A DNA stretch of 64,000 nucleotides from Bugula neritina. Lineage: Eukaryota > Animalia > Bryozoa. Positions 37,344 to 50,900 of the stretch are shown one piece after another. The stretch is from positions 10,484,973 through 10,548,972 of the forward strand of contig OZ037770.1 in NCBI GenBank assembly GCA_964035545.1. The letters run 5' to 3'. A model generated the notes under the pieces. The model had not been told where the DNA came from and ran no database searches. It worked only from the letters and a program-made list of their open reading frames with translations. Position numbers and translations under genes: made by a program. Within the stretch, counting starts at the first letter, position 1. The number at the start of each line of letters is the position of its first letter.

Positions 37344-37911
37344 AAACAGCGGTGGAAAACTTGCGTAATTACACTGCTTGCATTTTGTGTTATATTTTTC
37401 TATGCAAATGCAAGTATTGCTCAGTTATTCAATGACTAGTATTTGGCAATGCACTGTTACTTTTCTTTCATATGATAGAGAAAGCTTTAGCCAATAGGAA
37501 TCATCACATTCTGACTGACAAGGGGCGTGGTTACAAGAAACAATAATTCAAGTTTGCATTAACTATTCAAAATGTATTTACAGGCTGCAGGTAAAATATT
37601 ACTATATTTCATAATGAATAGCTACACTATGAAGTAGAACCTAAAGTACAGCATTATACAGAATCATTAAAACATGATGAGTAGAATTATAACTTACTGA
37701 CCTTACTGGAAAATATACACAATAGTTGAGCATGTGAATTACTGGTTGTATAATAGTGAAGCAGCTATACATGATAAGAAATTATAAAATATTTACTGTA
37801 TAAATATAATATCACATGTATTCATTATGTAACACATAATAAATACATAAATTAGAGCGGCAGAAAAATATAAAGCAATATGAAATACAGTTTAGAAGTC
37901 AGTGGACAGTG

Positions 37912-40900
37912 CTATGTAACACAGAGTAAGCCTTTGAGCTCTAGAAGAGCAGAGTGAACAGATTCAGTGAACTTTGACATCTCCGTTCTGTGGTGATTTG
38001 TAGACTGAGTGACTGAAGCTATGCTGGAGAATTCAGACAAGTAATGATGAAGAATGTCAAAGTGTGGTTCAGTCTTATGTTTCTCCAGAATGTAACTCTG
38101 CATCTCATTGTACTTAGCCTGTGATACAACATTATAACTCAGTGTAGATGTGTGGAGCATAGTCTATTTATTAATACAAGATGGTATAGAAAGTATCTCT
38201 ATAAGCAGCTCTGAGTTGGAGGTGACTGAGTGCAGTAGTTTGGGGTTTCTCAAGTTGGGAGTTTATCACATTATGCAAATGGATTTTCTCATTCGCCCTA
38301 TGGAAACAGTTGCATCGAAGCAAAACCGCAGCCGGAAATTACACCGAATGGCTCCTTCCATGAAAAACTTCCTTCGCATTATGCGCATGATGGAAATGGT
38401 TCCTTTGGTTAAATCGAATGAAACCTTTTGTGTCGGAGGCAGAAATCAGCATTTGTGGTGGCTAGTTACATAGTTACGCTATGTCAACAATAATTATAAG
38501 TTACAACCTACGCTAAAGTGTACTTCGGCTCTTAAAAATTTAAATTACTTTATTTATCCTAGCTGCTATTATTTGCAATAATTACTAATTAAATCCTAAA
38601 TTTATAAAAAAATTTCCGTAAGCCAAAGCTTTTCTAGGCTAAAAATAAGTTGACAGCTATTTTCATTTTGAAAATTTAAATTACTTTTAATCTTAAGTTT
38701 ATCGATCAAGAAATACTTTATGCTTTCATTGGTTTATGCTTTGTTATTTTAAATAAACTGATTCAAAGTTTGTGTATTTGATTGATTTAATCTATCAAAA
38801 ATGGGGACAGAATTAAAAAAATGCTGCTGTGCATAAACTCAAACTCAAAGTTGGCCATATTAATTATAATTTTAGTTCAGCAGTCACAATTGCAAAGAGA
38901 AGATAACTTCGTAAGGATTGCATAGGAACGCGTGGTTTTTCCTTCGATGTAATCCATACTGGCACCCGTACGCATTCATTCGCCTTCATGGAAATGCAGT
39001 GTACGTTGGAACTTTGAACCCCAAACTACTGCACTCAGTCACCCCTAACTCGGAGATGTTTATAGTTGATATTGTAGGAAATATTGTACTGCAGTCAACA
39101 GAAATCTGTGATAAGTCATTAGAGCTATGCACTGTATAAAAACCTTGTATGTACATGAAAAGTGTGTAGGAAAATATACTTACTGGGTATAAAACAATGA
39201 GGTAGTAGAGAGTGTGAGATATTATTGTCGTCAGGTCAAGGTCAAACGGCTCAAACAACATTGTGTTTAAAATTGGCTGTAAACAAACAAAAACACATTA
39301 ATTAGCCTACCAACATGTTAGAGTGTGTGAGTTGAAGTGGAAACTCAAGGTGAGTATAAAAAAACACAAAATGATAAACGACAAAAAGGGAAATCTTTAC
39401 AAAATTACGTGAAATGCGCCCAAAAATTAGAAAGAAATCATAGCCTCAGTACCTGTAGAAACACATCTAGCTTAGATTTGTCAAGGAGAGGGCGACTCTG
39501 AGTTTGATGTATAGATGCGGCCATTTTGTTTAGGAACTCGAACCCATCTTTAGCCACATCACTTCCATATCTAGAAAACAACCAATCACAGTGCTAGACA
39601 GATATCATCGACATTGTGCAACAGTCTTATTAATACAGTCATACAAATTATTGAGATCATAATTTTACCCCATTCATACATTGCCGCACGCCGTACGCCG
39701 TAACTGCAAATATCCTGCAAATATCGGCCATCTTTGATAACATCCGAGCTGAATCGTACCCGGTATACGCTGTGGCGTTAATCAAGCAGTGCTTGATTCA
39801 AAAAATATTGGGTAAAGTTGATCTAGTACTAAAATTTAAAGAATATTTTCGCTAGTTTATTTTAATTGCTCATTGTTGATTTAATTTAACCAATTTAAAA
39901 GTTTTAAAGGAATAAAAAATCTTCATACAGCTTTTTTAAATTAAACTCAGCCTAAAAATTTAGCTCTCACTACTCACAAAAGCACAAAAACCAAAAAATT
40001 AAAAATTAATTGGACGGCTTAAATATTTATTATTCAAATTAGTTTGCACAATTATTTTAAAGACTCATATATTTAAAAGAGATAGTTCTTTACATTGATA
40101 ACATTTTTAGCATATCTTTTGAGAAGAATGGTGTTACAAATTTGTAAATAATATCCAAAGGGTTCAAATCACCCAAAAAAAATTAACCTCATTATGATTG
40201 GTCACAGATCAACGTCATGTGTTGTACTTTGAACGCCTGTTGACAAAACGTAACAGCGTCGCCATCTTGTTTGTGCTGTTACGGTTTACGATACGGCAAT
40301 ATGTGAACAGGGGGTTCAACTTGCAATAGTAATATGTACCAATAGATATAACACCATTAAAGCATTTGGCATCATGAATTCTTTAAAAATCACTTATAAT
40401 ATTGTTCAGTAACATGACGCAATGCATGCCACTCATCAAGGTGATATATAAGTTGATAAATGTACATCTATATATCTAGAGATATAATATTATATATTAT
40501 ATAAGTATATATTCTTAAACATTGTCCACAATGAAGGAAGAAACAGTGAAGCACCAATAAACAGTTACACACCTGCTATCCAACGACAGCAATATGGAAG
40601 ATAGGATGAGTTCCCAAACTGGTTGGGGGAACTCAATGATGATCTGTGGACTGTAGGATGAAGCCAAAGATAACAGTCTATAATATGCAGAACTGAGACT
40701 AGAGTATTGAAGAAGAGAGGAGTCTATGACTGGGAGAATGGTTTGTATTCCGGCTAGAGTTATCTTCTCTGTCTGCTCTTTCTGTGTCACAGGATCTGTG
40801 AAGTCAGAAAAGGTAAACGTGATTTTTGATTCCGCATTCATACACGTGGCTACGAAAACATATTTTATGCATTATATAAACATTAACTTGTGAATCAGCC

Positions 40901-43900
40901 GCTACGCAGTACACTCTACATATATAAAACTCATGCAAGTTTATAGTCACCATCCCTGTGAGAAACCCCTGATAGAAGGGGTTTTTGTCAAATTGGGAAA
41001 ATGACTTATCCGTATATGAGGCACAGGAGCAATTATGACTGGATGCTCTTCCTAACATCACCAATGGGCTTTGTGGGGGTTTGAACCCATGACTTTGTGC
41101 TTACTGATCCCAACACTCTAACCCCTTGACCACGGCTGCTCCTTTTATACACCCCTTACATAGTATCTATAAATACTCCCTACACACCACCTACACGTAT
41201 ATACTATACTCTACATATAACGTATAATATATTCTGGCAGCTGCTAGTATAATTATATTTCAGTCATTATTAATGTCTGGAAGAGCATCTGGTTACGCCT
41301 ACATCAGATTAAAATTAGATAGTTGCAAACGAAATGGGGAGAATAGGCAATGTCTACCACCTTATCCCTAATCATTTGTGTCAAAGAGACTACTAAGAAT
41401 TCAGGAACCCATAATAGTCTACCTGTTGAAATATTTGTTACTCGCTACACTATCAAATTGACACAAACTGGAGAGAATTATGATGAAGATAATATGTAGA
41501 GTAGAAACTAACTGAGCCTGTTGTACCAGCTGAACTTACCGTGATCTCCATCTTCAGTTATAAACAGATCCAGGGTTAACATACGATCCAGCAACTTAAT
41601 TATCCACAGAATGTCATCAAACTCTGCATCCTTGCTAGTTGCCTTCTTGCTTCCTGGAGGTAGAAATCCACAGTAGATACATGTAAGATATACACTATGA
41701 TAGTAGGTATTCAAATATATCCACTAGTAGTACTAGTGATAACAGATTACAGTATCTATTTGGTGATTTCTAAAAAATAAGACACACTATTATGGAACAA
41801 AATAACATAGAATGAAAAATAATCTTAAACCAAAGGTAAAATTTTTGCAGCAATCAAGAATATAATATATTATATTATCAAACAGCCATAGATACATTCT
41901 GTGTATTTAGTTATGTATATTCTGTGTATTTAGTTATATATACTCTGTGTATTTAGCTATATATACTCTGTATATTTAGTTATATATATACTCTGTATAT
42001 TTAGTTATATATATACTGTGTAGTTATATATATACTGTGTAGTTACCAGGTGGATTATGCTGCACATAGACCTCCAGACACTTGAGAATAGCCTGACATA
42101 ACGTCTCACATTTGTGAAACTGGAAGTACAAGTGGTTGGTTACAGTGTACAACGCCTCCATAGCCAACTCCACCAGCTGGTCGTCAACGTGGTACACATC
42201 TACAGTAACAGATCACAGGGGATATCAGGACAACGCAATACGTTTGGAATATTAATTTACACAATACAAAGGTAAGAATACGTAAAAAAATGAGATCGCA
42301 AAGAATATTAAGAATACGTATGAAGCAGTTCATATCTCATGTATGAGAAATATTAGGAGCCCTTATGAACACAAAAGTGAAAACAAATATGAGATATGCT
42401 AGATATGAAATAATTCAAATCTCATATCTACAGAAATATTAAACCGAAAACTTGAAACATGGAAATTCAACAAACTCATTACAGTAGAGCTAAGTTCACC
42501 CTAGATAGAAAGACAATTGACTACAGCCGACATGCTAGTTTTCTAATACTTAATTTATGCATGGATTTAGGTTACTATTGAATATACTGCAAGCATCTAA
42601 TAACCATGTGAGGTGCTGTGCGTATAATGCCGCCACATTGATAATTATGTTTTCTGGGTTAAGAAGAGCCATGATTACATTGACAAAGTAAAAACTAAAA
42701 GACTTAGTTCTGCATGTGGCTCCCTATTGGATTAAATCTAGGTCAGCGGCAGCACAACTACCTAGGATAGCTCCAGTGGTGTCTACGCCATTCTGTACTA
42801 CCCTGAACAACAGCTCTGCTTTGAACGTATCGGGAACTGCCAGGCCAACACCCATGTCACACTTGAGGGCTGAGCAACAGCCAATGAGCATCTCCAAAAA
42901 GCGCAAAGCATCTTCCTTCAGCTTAGAGTCGTCTTCCCGCAGCTTGAGTTGCTTTCGGGAATTCAATTGTTGACGAAACGTAACCATAGGGTCTACTAGC
43001 ACCTGAAACACATTGTATACTACATTAGAATGTAGAACAAGAAACCACAGGGTAGAGTTTATATCCTTAATCTAGGTAATAGCATACTAAATTTTTCATC
43101 ATATAACAAAATAATATTATATATAATAGAGTATTACAATTCATATAATTACAAGTACAATGCACCAGGGTTGGGGTCAATTACATATGAATGTAATTAA
43201 TTACAATTACAATTACAGTTTTGTACATCAATTACAAATTACATTCAATTACTTGAAGAAATGTAATTAATTACAATCAATCACAATTACAAATTGCAAT
43301 TACCCCAACCCTGCAATGCACACATGAATTTACATTATTACATGCTTGCATAATTAAAATCGGTAGAATATTGATTTCGATGTGATATATAGCAACAAAG
43401 GTTAGTATGAATGTGTTCCACCCACTTCTGCATGTCGAAACCTCCCCCCCCCACTATAATTATAAGTACAAGTACACAAAAAAAAACAAAGCAAGGCAGC
43501 GTGTTTAAGTCACAGAATATAAAAAGAGCATTACAGCTTCAAGTCTTTCATTCTAAAATGATTTACTGCTAGTATTTCTCAGACAGAGAATAGGAAAGAG
43601 TTAGAGGAAGAGGACCCCACCTTGTGAGAGTATTCAGAGTTGACATCACACGTGTTGGATAGAAAGGAGACTACCGCCTTGTACAGCAGACGTATTCCAG
43701 ACGCGGGGAGAGAGTTGAAAGGAAAGACGTTCTCACTGATGGCTGGTATCCAGGACTGAAAACCCGTGGAGACGGCAACCGACTTGCATCTGTATAAGAC
43801 ACCAGACGTACTTAAACTATTCAATCCTTTCAACACAACACATGTACTCCATGGATTCCATGCTGTACAAGACTACCTAGACCAGAGCTATCAAACAAGT

Positions 43901-44584
43901 GGCCCCAGGGCCGGATGCGACCCCTAGCCTTCATTTACGTACTGAATAAAACTATTTTGTACATATAAATGAATTAGAGTGCAAAAACCTATTTATAAAT
44001 ATCTTATTTTTATACACACTACAAAACATGCAGCCTGCAGTAATTATTGGGACTTCATTGTGTGATGCTTCAAATGAATTTGGAATCAAGTTATCTGAAA
44101 TTTACTGATGCTGTGACCCCCCCCCCCCCGATCAAGCTAAAGTTTAAAAGGGAACCTCCTCACTGGAATATTCTCTCTCGGTGACCTCCGCTCTAAAAGG
44201 GTTGGACACCCCTGATCTATACTATAGTGTAACAACAAACTATACCATAGTGTAACAACAGGCTAGACTCACACATCCTTGTTGGAGAGAAGATTGATGA
44301 GTGTATTCAGACTCTCTCTAACCACGTCTGGTTCTGAACTCCACACAGTCAGGTTGACTTTAATCTTTTCCAGAATGCGACTGACCAGGTGGTTGACACA
44401 CTCACTCTTCACACAGTAGATTGGCAGGTAGGGTCTGCTCGACTATTTAATAACATTTAATTGTAGTATTTATACGGTTGAGCTAGTAGTACTAACTTAG
44501 ATATGTATGTGATATAGTTCAATATTAGTTGTAGTGGCAGTAGTAGTGGCAGTAGTAGTGGCAGTAGTAGTGACAGTAGTAGTA

Positions 44585-44659
<75 letters not shown>

Positions 44660-44681
44660 CAGTAGTAGTAGTAGTAGTAGC

Positions 44682-44718
<37 letters not shown>

Positions 44719-44934
44719 TAGTAGTAGTAGCAGTAGTAGTAGTAGTAATAGTAGTAGTATAGTAGTAGTATTAGTAGCAGTAGTAGTAGTAGTAGTAGCA
44801 GTAGTAGCAGTAGTAGCAGCAGCAGTAGTAGTAGTAGTAGTAGTATTAGTAGCAGCAGTAGTAGTAGTAGTAGTAGTAGCAGTAGTAGTAGTAGTAGTAG
44901 CAGTAGGATAGTAGTAGTAGTAGTAGCAGTAGTA

Positions 44935-44972
<38 letters not shown>

Positions 44973-47900
44973 CTAGTAGTAGTATAGTAGCAGTAGTAGT
45001 AGTAGTGGCAGTAGTAGTAGTAGTATAGTAGTAGTACTAGTAGTAGTAGTAGTATAGTAGTAGTAGTAGTAGTACTAGTAGTAGTAGTAGTAGTCAGATA
45101 TAAATAGTTTTCTTACCAACTCTAAACCCTCATCCTCATTCATGAGGTACAAAGCAGTAAACTTCTCCATGAAGTACATGCAGGTAGCATCAACCTGCGG
45201 ACTAAGATACTCGGCCAAGTTGCTCATCACAGCTACAGACTGCACATGGAATAGTCTGAGAACACTAGCCACCAGCCTGCGCACACAGATATTGACTAAT
45301 TAAATGCCAAAATAAAAAAAATCCATGTCATTTTAACACAACAACATAATAAATATTGCAAACAAAAATAACACAGGAGCAGGTGCTATACGAATAGAAA
45401 GTTTCATAGTCCAAATCTCCACTATGGCATATGTACATTATATGGAAGTAAACACACATTGCTATAGCCCAAGTATCTACTATTGCTTATATATACGCAG
45501 GTAAACATACTGAGCTACTACGCAGAGTCCCGGAGTACCAACAGTTTCAGACGAGGACAGTTCGGGATGAATGATGAGATTCTGTGTAAGCTGAGTATTG
45601 ATTTGCTGCACCTGAGAGTTCATGTAGGTTATAACACTAACTGGTCTCTCTCCTTTACTACAGGACAAGATGGAGGCTGCAAAGAATCAACAGAGGGTTA
45701 GTAATATCACATGATATAGTTGAAGCAATACTACACACTAGTTGAAGCAATACTATACACTAGTTGAAGCACTACTATACACTAGTAGAAGCACTACTAT
45801 ACACTAGTTGAAGTACTACTACACACTATCTTAACATCCTTAAAGGTGACTTCTTAATACTTTGGGAGAAAAAAGTAGTGCGTTAAAGTTAATTTATCTA
45901 AACACCCCTCTATAGTTTTACTAAAACTTGCTGAAATAATATTAATTAGATCCCACTCAAACAAGATAGTGTGTACTGAGTGGGTATGTGTGGGTATGTG
46001 TGTGTGTTTCCACACATTAAATTAGTCCGAGATAAGTCCTTTACACACACAAATATAGTGAGCAAACTAGACGAGATTTCTAGCAACGTACATTCTATAC
46101 TACAGTACTAACAACATTATACTAAAGTATATCACATAGACTTACTAGCTATTAGCACCAGCCAATGGAGGTCATCATACACATCATTCAACACCTCCCT
46201 AGTACTAGGGTTGGTTGGCTGTGTAACAACACGCTCCAGTTCTCCCTTCAGCCTGTCTGTCTTCAGGTGAATCAGTCTAAAGCAAAGCAGGTGGCAGCTT
46301 TAGTCAACGCATATTTACCTGCTTTCTTATTTCTGCTAATAGCAGTGTTTGTCAGAATTGATAAGTATATTACTAAATGTGACACAACAGAACAGGTCCA
46401 TTTCAGCAAGCACCTGTTAGGGTAAGCGACTTTAAATCATAAAAATGGCCAAAGCCATCAAGCTTAATGACACTCAGTGACACGTGCCAACAGGTGTATG
46501 CAAGCACCTGTCTGCAAATGTACAACATTCTGCTACTAGTTTTGGTGACATGGTGTTGAAGTGTGTAAAAAATATGTGACTCATTGGCACATGTCAACTA
46601 ACACTATGACACTAATTGACACATGTCAACTAACACTATGGCATTCATTGACACATGTCAACTAACACTATGGCACTCATTGGGACATGTCAACTAACAC
46701 TATGGCACTCATTGACACATGTCAACTAACACTATGACACTCATTGACACATGTCAACTAACACTATGGCACTCATCGACACATGCTGACAAGTACTACT
46801 ATACGTAGTGACATGATAAGCTTCAGGCACTCACAGACAGGTGCTTACAGGCGTGTCTAAACTTACTGAACAACACACTGCTATTCCCTCATAATAACTA
46901 ATAACACCACACCTTGTCAGTATAGGCAGACTATGTCCCAGCATAAGAGATGCTAAATAGCCAATAGGCTCTAACTGGTCTGAGTATTTCTCTTTATCTG
47001 GCAGTTCATCTTCATCAACTTCATCGTCAATACAATTATCCTTTGCTGAAACAATAAATTAAGTCCAATGCAAATATAAATCTTTGCATAACTATCAAAA
47101 AGTGATAATTTTTTTACTACAAAAATATCTTAAAATGCTGAGTGAAATTAAGGCATTCAATAAAAAGTTTTAAATTTGGAACAACTAATTTTTGGTAAAC
47201 TGACAGAATATACCAACAAATTAGGACAGCATCCATAGAGCGCAAGCATTTCATAACAGGCAACTATGAAACACTAAATTTAATATAAATTTGAATTCAA
47301 ATTGGTGAAAATACTGAGTTATCCATTATTTTTACAAGAAATAATACGCAGCAGAATATTATATACATATGTACCACACATCGCAGAAAATCTCGCATGC
47401 ACTGCCAATGGTTCCCTAACTTTTCCCACGGAGTATAGTTACACACTGTATTGGTTGAAAAGGCAATTTGTTACACAAATTACACTATTCAAATATTATA
47501 TTCAACATTTTAACTAACGTTTTCCGTCGTGAAGATGTGTCTTTACATACGCTTCAAATATCTGCTTGTAGTACAGCAGAGGGTCCTTATCCTGGCACCA
47601 GGAGTACGCCCACACCGACAGCATTCTACTCGATGCCTTGTTGTAGATGTCACTGGATGAGTCATCAGCATTCAACTGAAACCAAACAAACTCAGTAGAT
47701 ATCAGGGTTGGGGTCAATTACATATGAATGTAATTAATTACAATTACAATTACTTTTGTTCTCACAAGGGACAAATAGAAATTACATTATCTCACTTCTG
47801 GGGATCCAACTACCGAGACAATTTTGACAGTGGAAAATCTTTTTTGTTCTCAACAATTACTAATAAGTGATACAAAACCACATTTAATTAATTTGAACTT

Positions 47901-50900
47901 TTTATTAATCAGTAGGCATGGTAGGGAAAGTATGAATTTTATAAGATTTAAGAAATTGAAGTAGTTGTTATGTAATTATAAAGAAATTGCAAAAATCAAT
48001 TACATTGGCTATGTAACTAATTACAATTACATATATAAACTACTTCAACAACACATAGCCTATAAAAAGGATCTAGATAAAAAGAAAATATATATACTCA
48101 ATACATGTACATATATATGTGGCTATGCATATTATAATACTGAGCTTCTTTTATCAATGGCAGCATATAAACAGTGTACTACAAATTACTCCTGGTTATT
48201 GGAACATATCCGCCATGAGAGTGCATATATAATACATCAAACTGATGCAGATATGAAAAGAATAAATACTATGAGTCAAATAAAAAAAGAAAATACAATG
48301 AAATTAATCCGAATGCAAAATTATTTTTCAAGTTAAATAGTAGTAATATAAAGATTGTTCAAAAATCCCACTTTCACGCGTGTCACCAAGCAGCTAATAG
48401 GGTATGCCAATTAATTCACAAAAGCAATGCATTATATAGAAGGGTAAAACATAAAGACAACAATGGGTAACCAGAAAAAAAAATTAAAATAAAAACTCAC
48501 AGCTTCAGCGGCAGCAGCTTTACAGAAGAAGTCACATGTGATTGCTGCCATGCGGCTGATTATCGAAGGTTCATATATACCAGACTCCTGGTGAGATATT
48601 ATGAGATGGAAGGTTTCAGCAATGTCTACTGCATCGTACTCTTGTATTTCTAACCTGAACATACAGCATGTGAGAATGAGTTGAATAGTGATCATACATC
48701 TATATCAGTAAAAAAACACTTCTTCCATTTTTTATAATTGTCTGGAAAACATATTGCATAAGTATTATAATCATAATTAAATTTACCAATGCACAATAAA
48801 GATACAGTAACCGAAACATACAGCATGTGAGAGCAATTTGTAGGAACACGTTGCATTTAGTTTCCATGAAGTTCTGAAAAATTCATTGAACAGATTACAA
48901 TGAATATTAAAATCAAAAGATTAGAAATCTACCAATGCAAAATAAAGATACAGTAAATCACACAGTTTGGTGCAATCTAAATCCTAAGAAACCTGCTGCC
49001 TAATGGAAAGAAAAGTTCTCAGCTAATTCATCAAACTCACCCTGAGATAGTTTCTTTAAAGCATTGCACGTAGCTCTTATAGTATACATCAAGGACAGAC
49101 TTTTCTGCGTCAAAGGTGGCTAGTTGCTGAACACAGCGGCTGGCGTGGTAACTGAGATCCTGGTTGTAGTGCACTTTACTATACACCTGAGACAGTTTGG
49201 ACAGAATTGATATTATAACTGAAGTAGGAGATGCTTGATTAAAACTGTGCCAAGTGCAGGAAAAGGAAAACTCCAAGAAAAGAGGATTGCAAACTATGAA
49301 TATGTCATATAGCTAATAACGTTGTTAGGATTGCACTGCTCATAATTTAGAATCTGATCTTAAAGGTTTGTCACCACTCAACACTGAAGATTTTTGCCCT
49401 CCAACATCAAAGATTTTACTTTTCTAAAACACATAATCTGGTATTGGGCAAAACGAGTAAACCTCCAGCGTTCTGATGTAGTGAGAGTGTTAGAGTGGCG
49501 GCGGACACTTAAAGTATCAACCGGTAACCAATCAAATCAAATACTGATAACCAGTAACCAATCAAATCAAGCCTACATATATTAAACTACTAGACCCTGT
49601 AAAGAGCAGAGGTGGTTTATATCATCAGAGGGAATACCTTGAAGAATAGTTTGAGAAAGTCGGGGTTTAGAACTGTACTCAACCACGTGGAGGGAGGAGC
49701 TAACGGAGAGTCTGATAACATATCAAGTGGCTGCACATAACATCTTCTGCCAGGTAAGTAGATACGGTTAAAGAAAACTACCACAGTTTGAATCAAGCAT
49801 AAACATCTCATATCATATTGCAATGTAAAACATGTATATATATTGTAAACACTACCGTAAATATAATTTCATCAACTGTTACGTTTGCAAGCTTGTTTTT
49901 CTATAAACATGCTTGTGATAAATATAATTGTACAAGTATTTCATTAAACACTAATGCAGTAAGCATTCTTTATGAAAAACTGGTAGATTTTCTCTAACTA
50001 GTTTCAAGAGTTGGACATAAAAGCTATTTGCTGAAACAGATCTCATACGGCTAGTAGGGTTTGAACATTTACAGCCTCAATTTGAATAGCCATTCGACTA
50101 CACTACCACGAAAATTCTTGGTTGGGAACGCAAGAGCTCAAACCCCATTTTTTTCAAGATAGAACACACACCTAAAACAATATAACTATCATAAAAACAA
50201 CTGTAAGGTCACAAGGACATGAAACTGATCAAAGGATATCTGTAGGGGTTAGGAAGGTCCAGTGGAGGATGTCGTCTGCTAGAGACAAAACCCGAGTCAC
50301 CACTAGCAGTTCATCACCTGAGTAGGGCGTGGTTAGCTGCACTATGTTGTTGAGTATTTGTAAGGTGAAGAGTAGGGTCTGGTGCAAGTGGTATGCCTAC
50401 AAAACAACACAGAGCTCTACATTAAAACTCCACTAACTTGCTTCAAAAATGTCTACCTTATGTTAAAGATCAAAGAGAGTGCAGCTGGAAAGCTCAATGC
50501 TTGAAGCAGAGTTGATAATTGAAAACATTGCGTTGTTATAAACAATATAAAAAGGAGGTCTATGTGCAACCACATTCAAACTAATTTTCACCAATGACAC
50601 ACATAATCCTCAACAGCAAGAATTCTCCATACTCTGCTTCATATCTCCACTGTATCAAAAAATTTCACAAGTCTCAATGTTAGTTGAAGACTGCAGTGCG
50701 TATAAATGTGGAAAATAATGTGATAATAAAGTTCAAACATTTATATATATATATAGAGCAAGAAAAATGATATGCAAAAAGCTACATTAGATAATGTGAA
50801 ATACTTCTTTTTATACACGCTATTTAAAACCAAGCAAAGTGTAAAATCAAAACATGGATCTTAAATATTTGAAGTCATAATAATATTGAACTTTGAAATC

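Noticed and set aside
43873-43882. MITE TSD overlapping an XPO4 splice acceptor
   Set aside because: Those AGs give stops or the wrong phase; the in-frame acceptor is at 43790-43791.
46319-46413. Possible extra XPO4 exon
   Set aside because: It breaks phase, and the flanking exons already join in line with the XPO4 sequence.
46575-46785. CRISPR-like periodicity (also 51950-52098)
   Set aside because: Head-to-tail minisatellites without unique spacers, in eukaryotic introns.
47965-48336. 123-aa plus-strand ORF
   Set aside because: AT-rich intronic sequence antisense to XPO4, with no motif or splice support.
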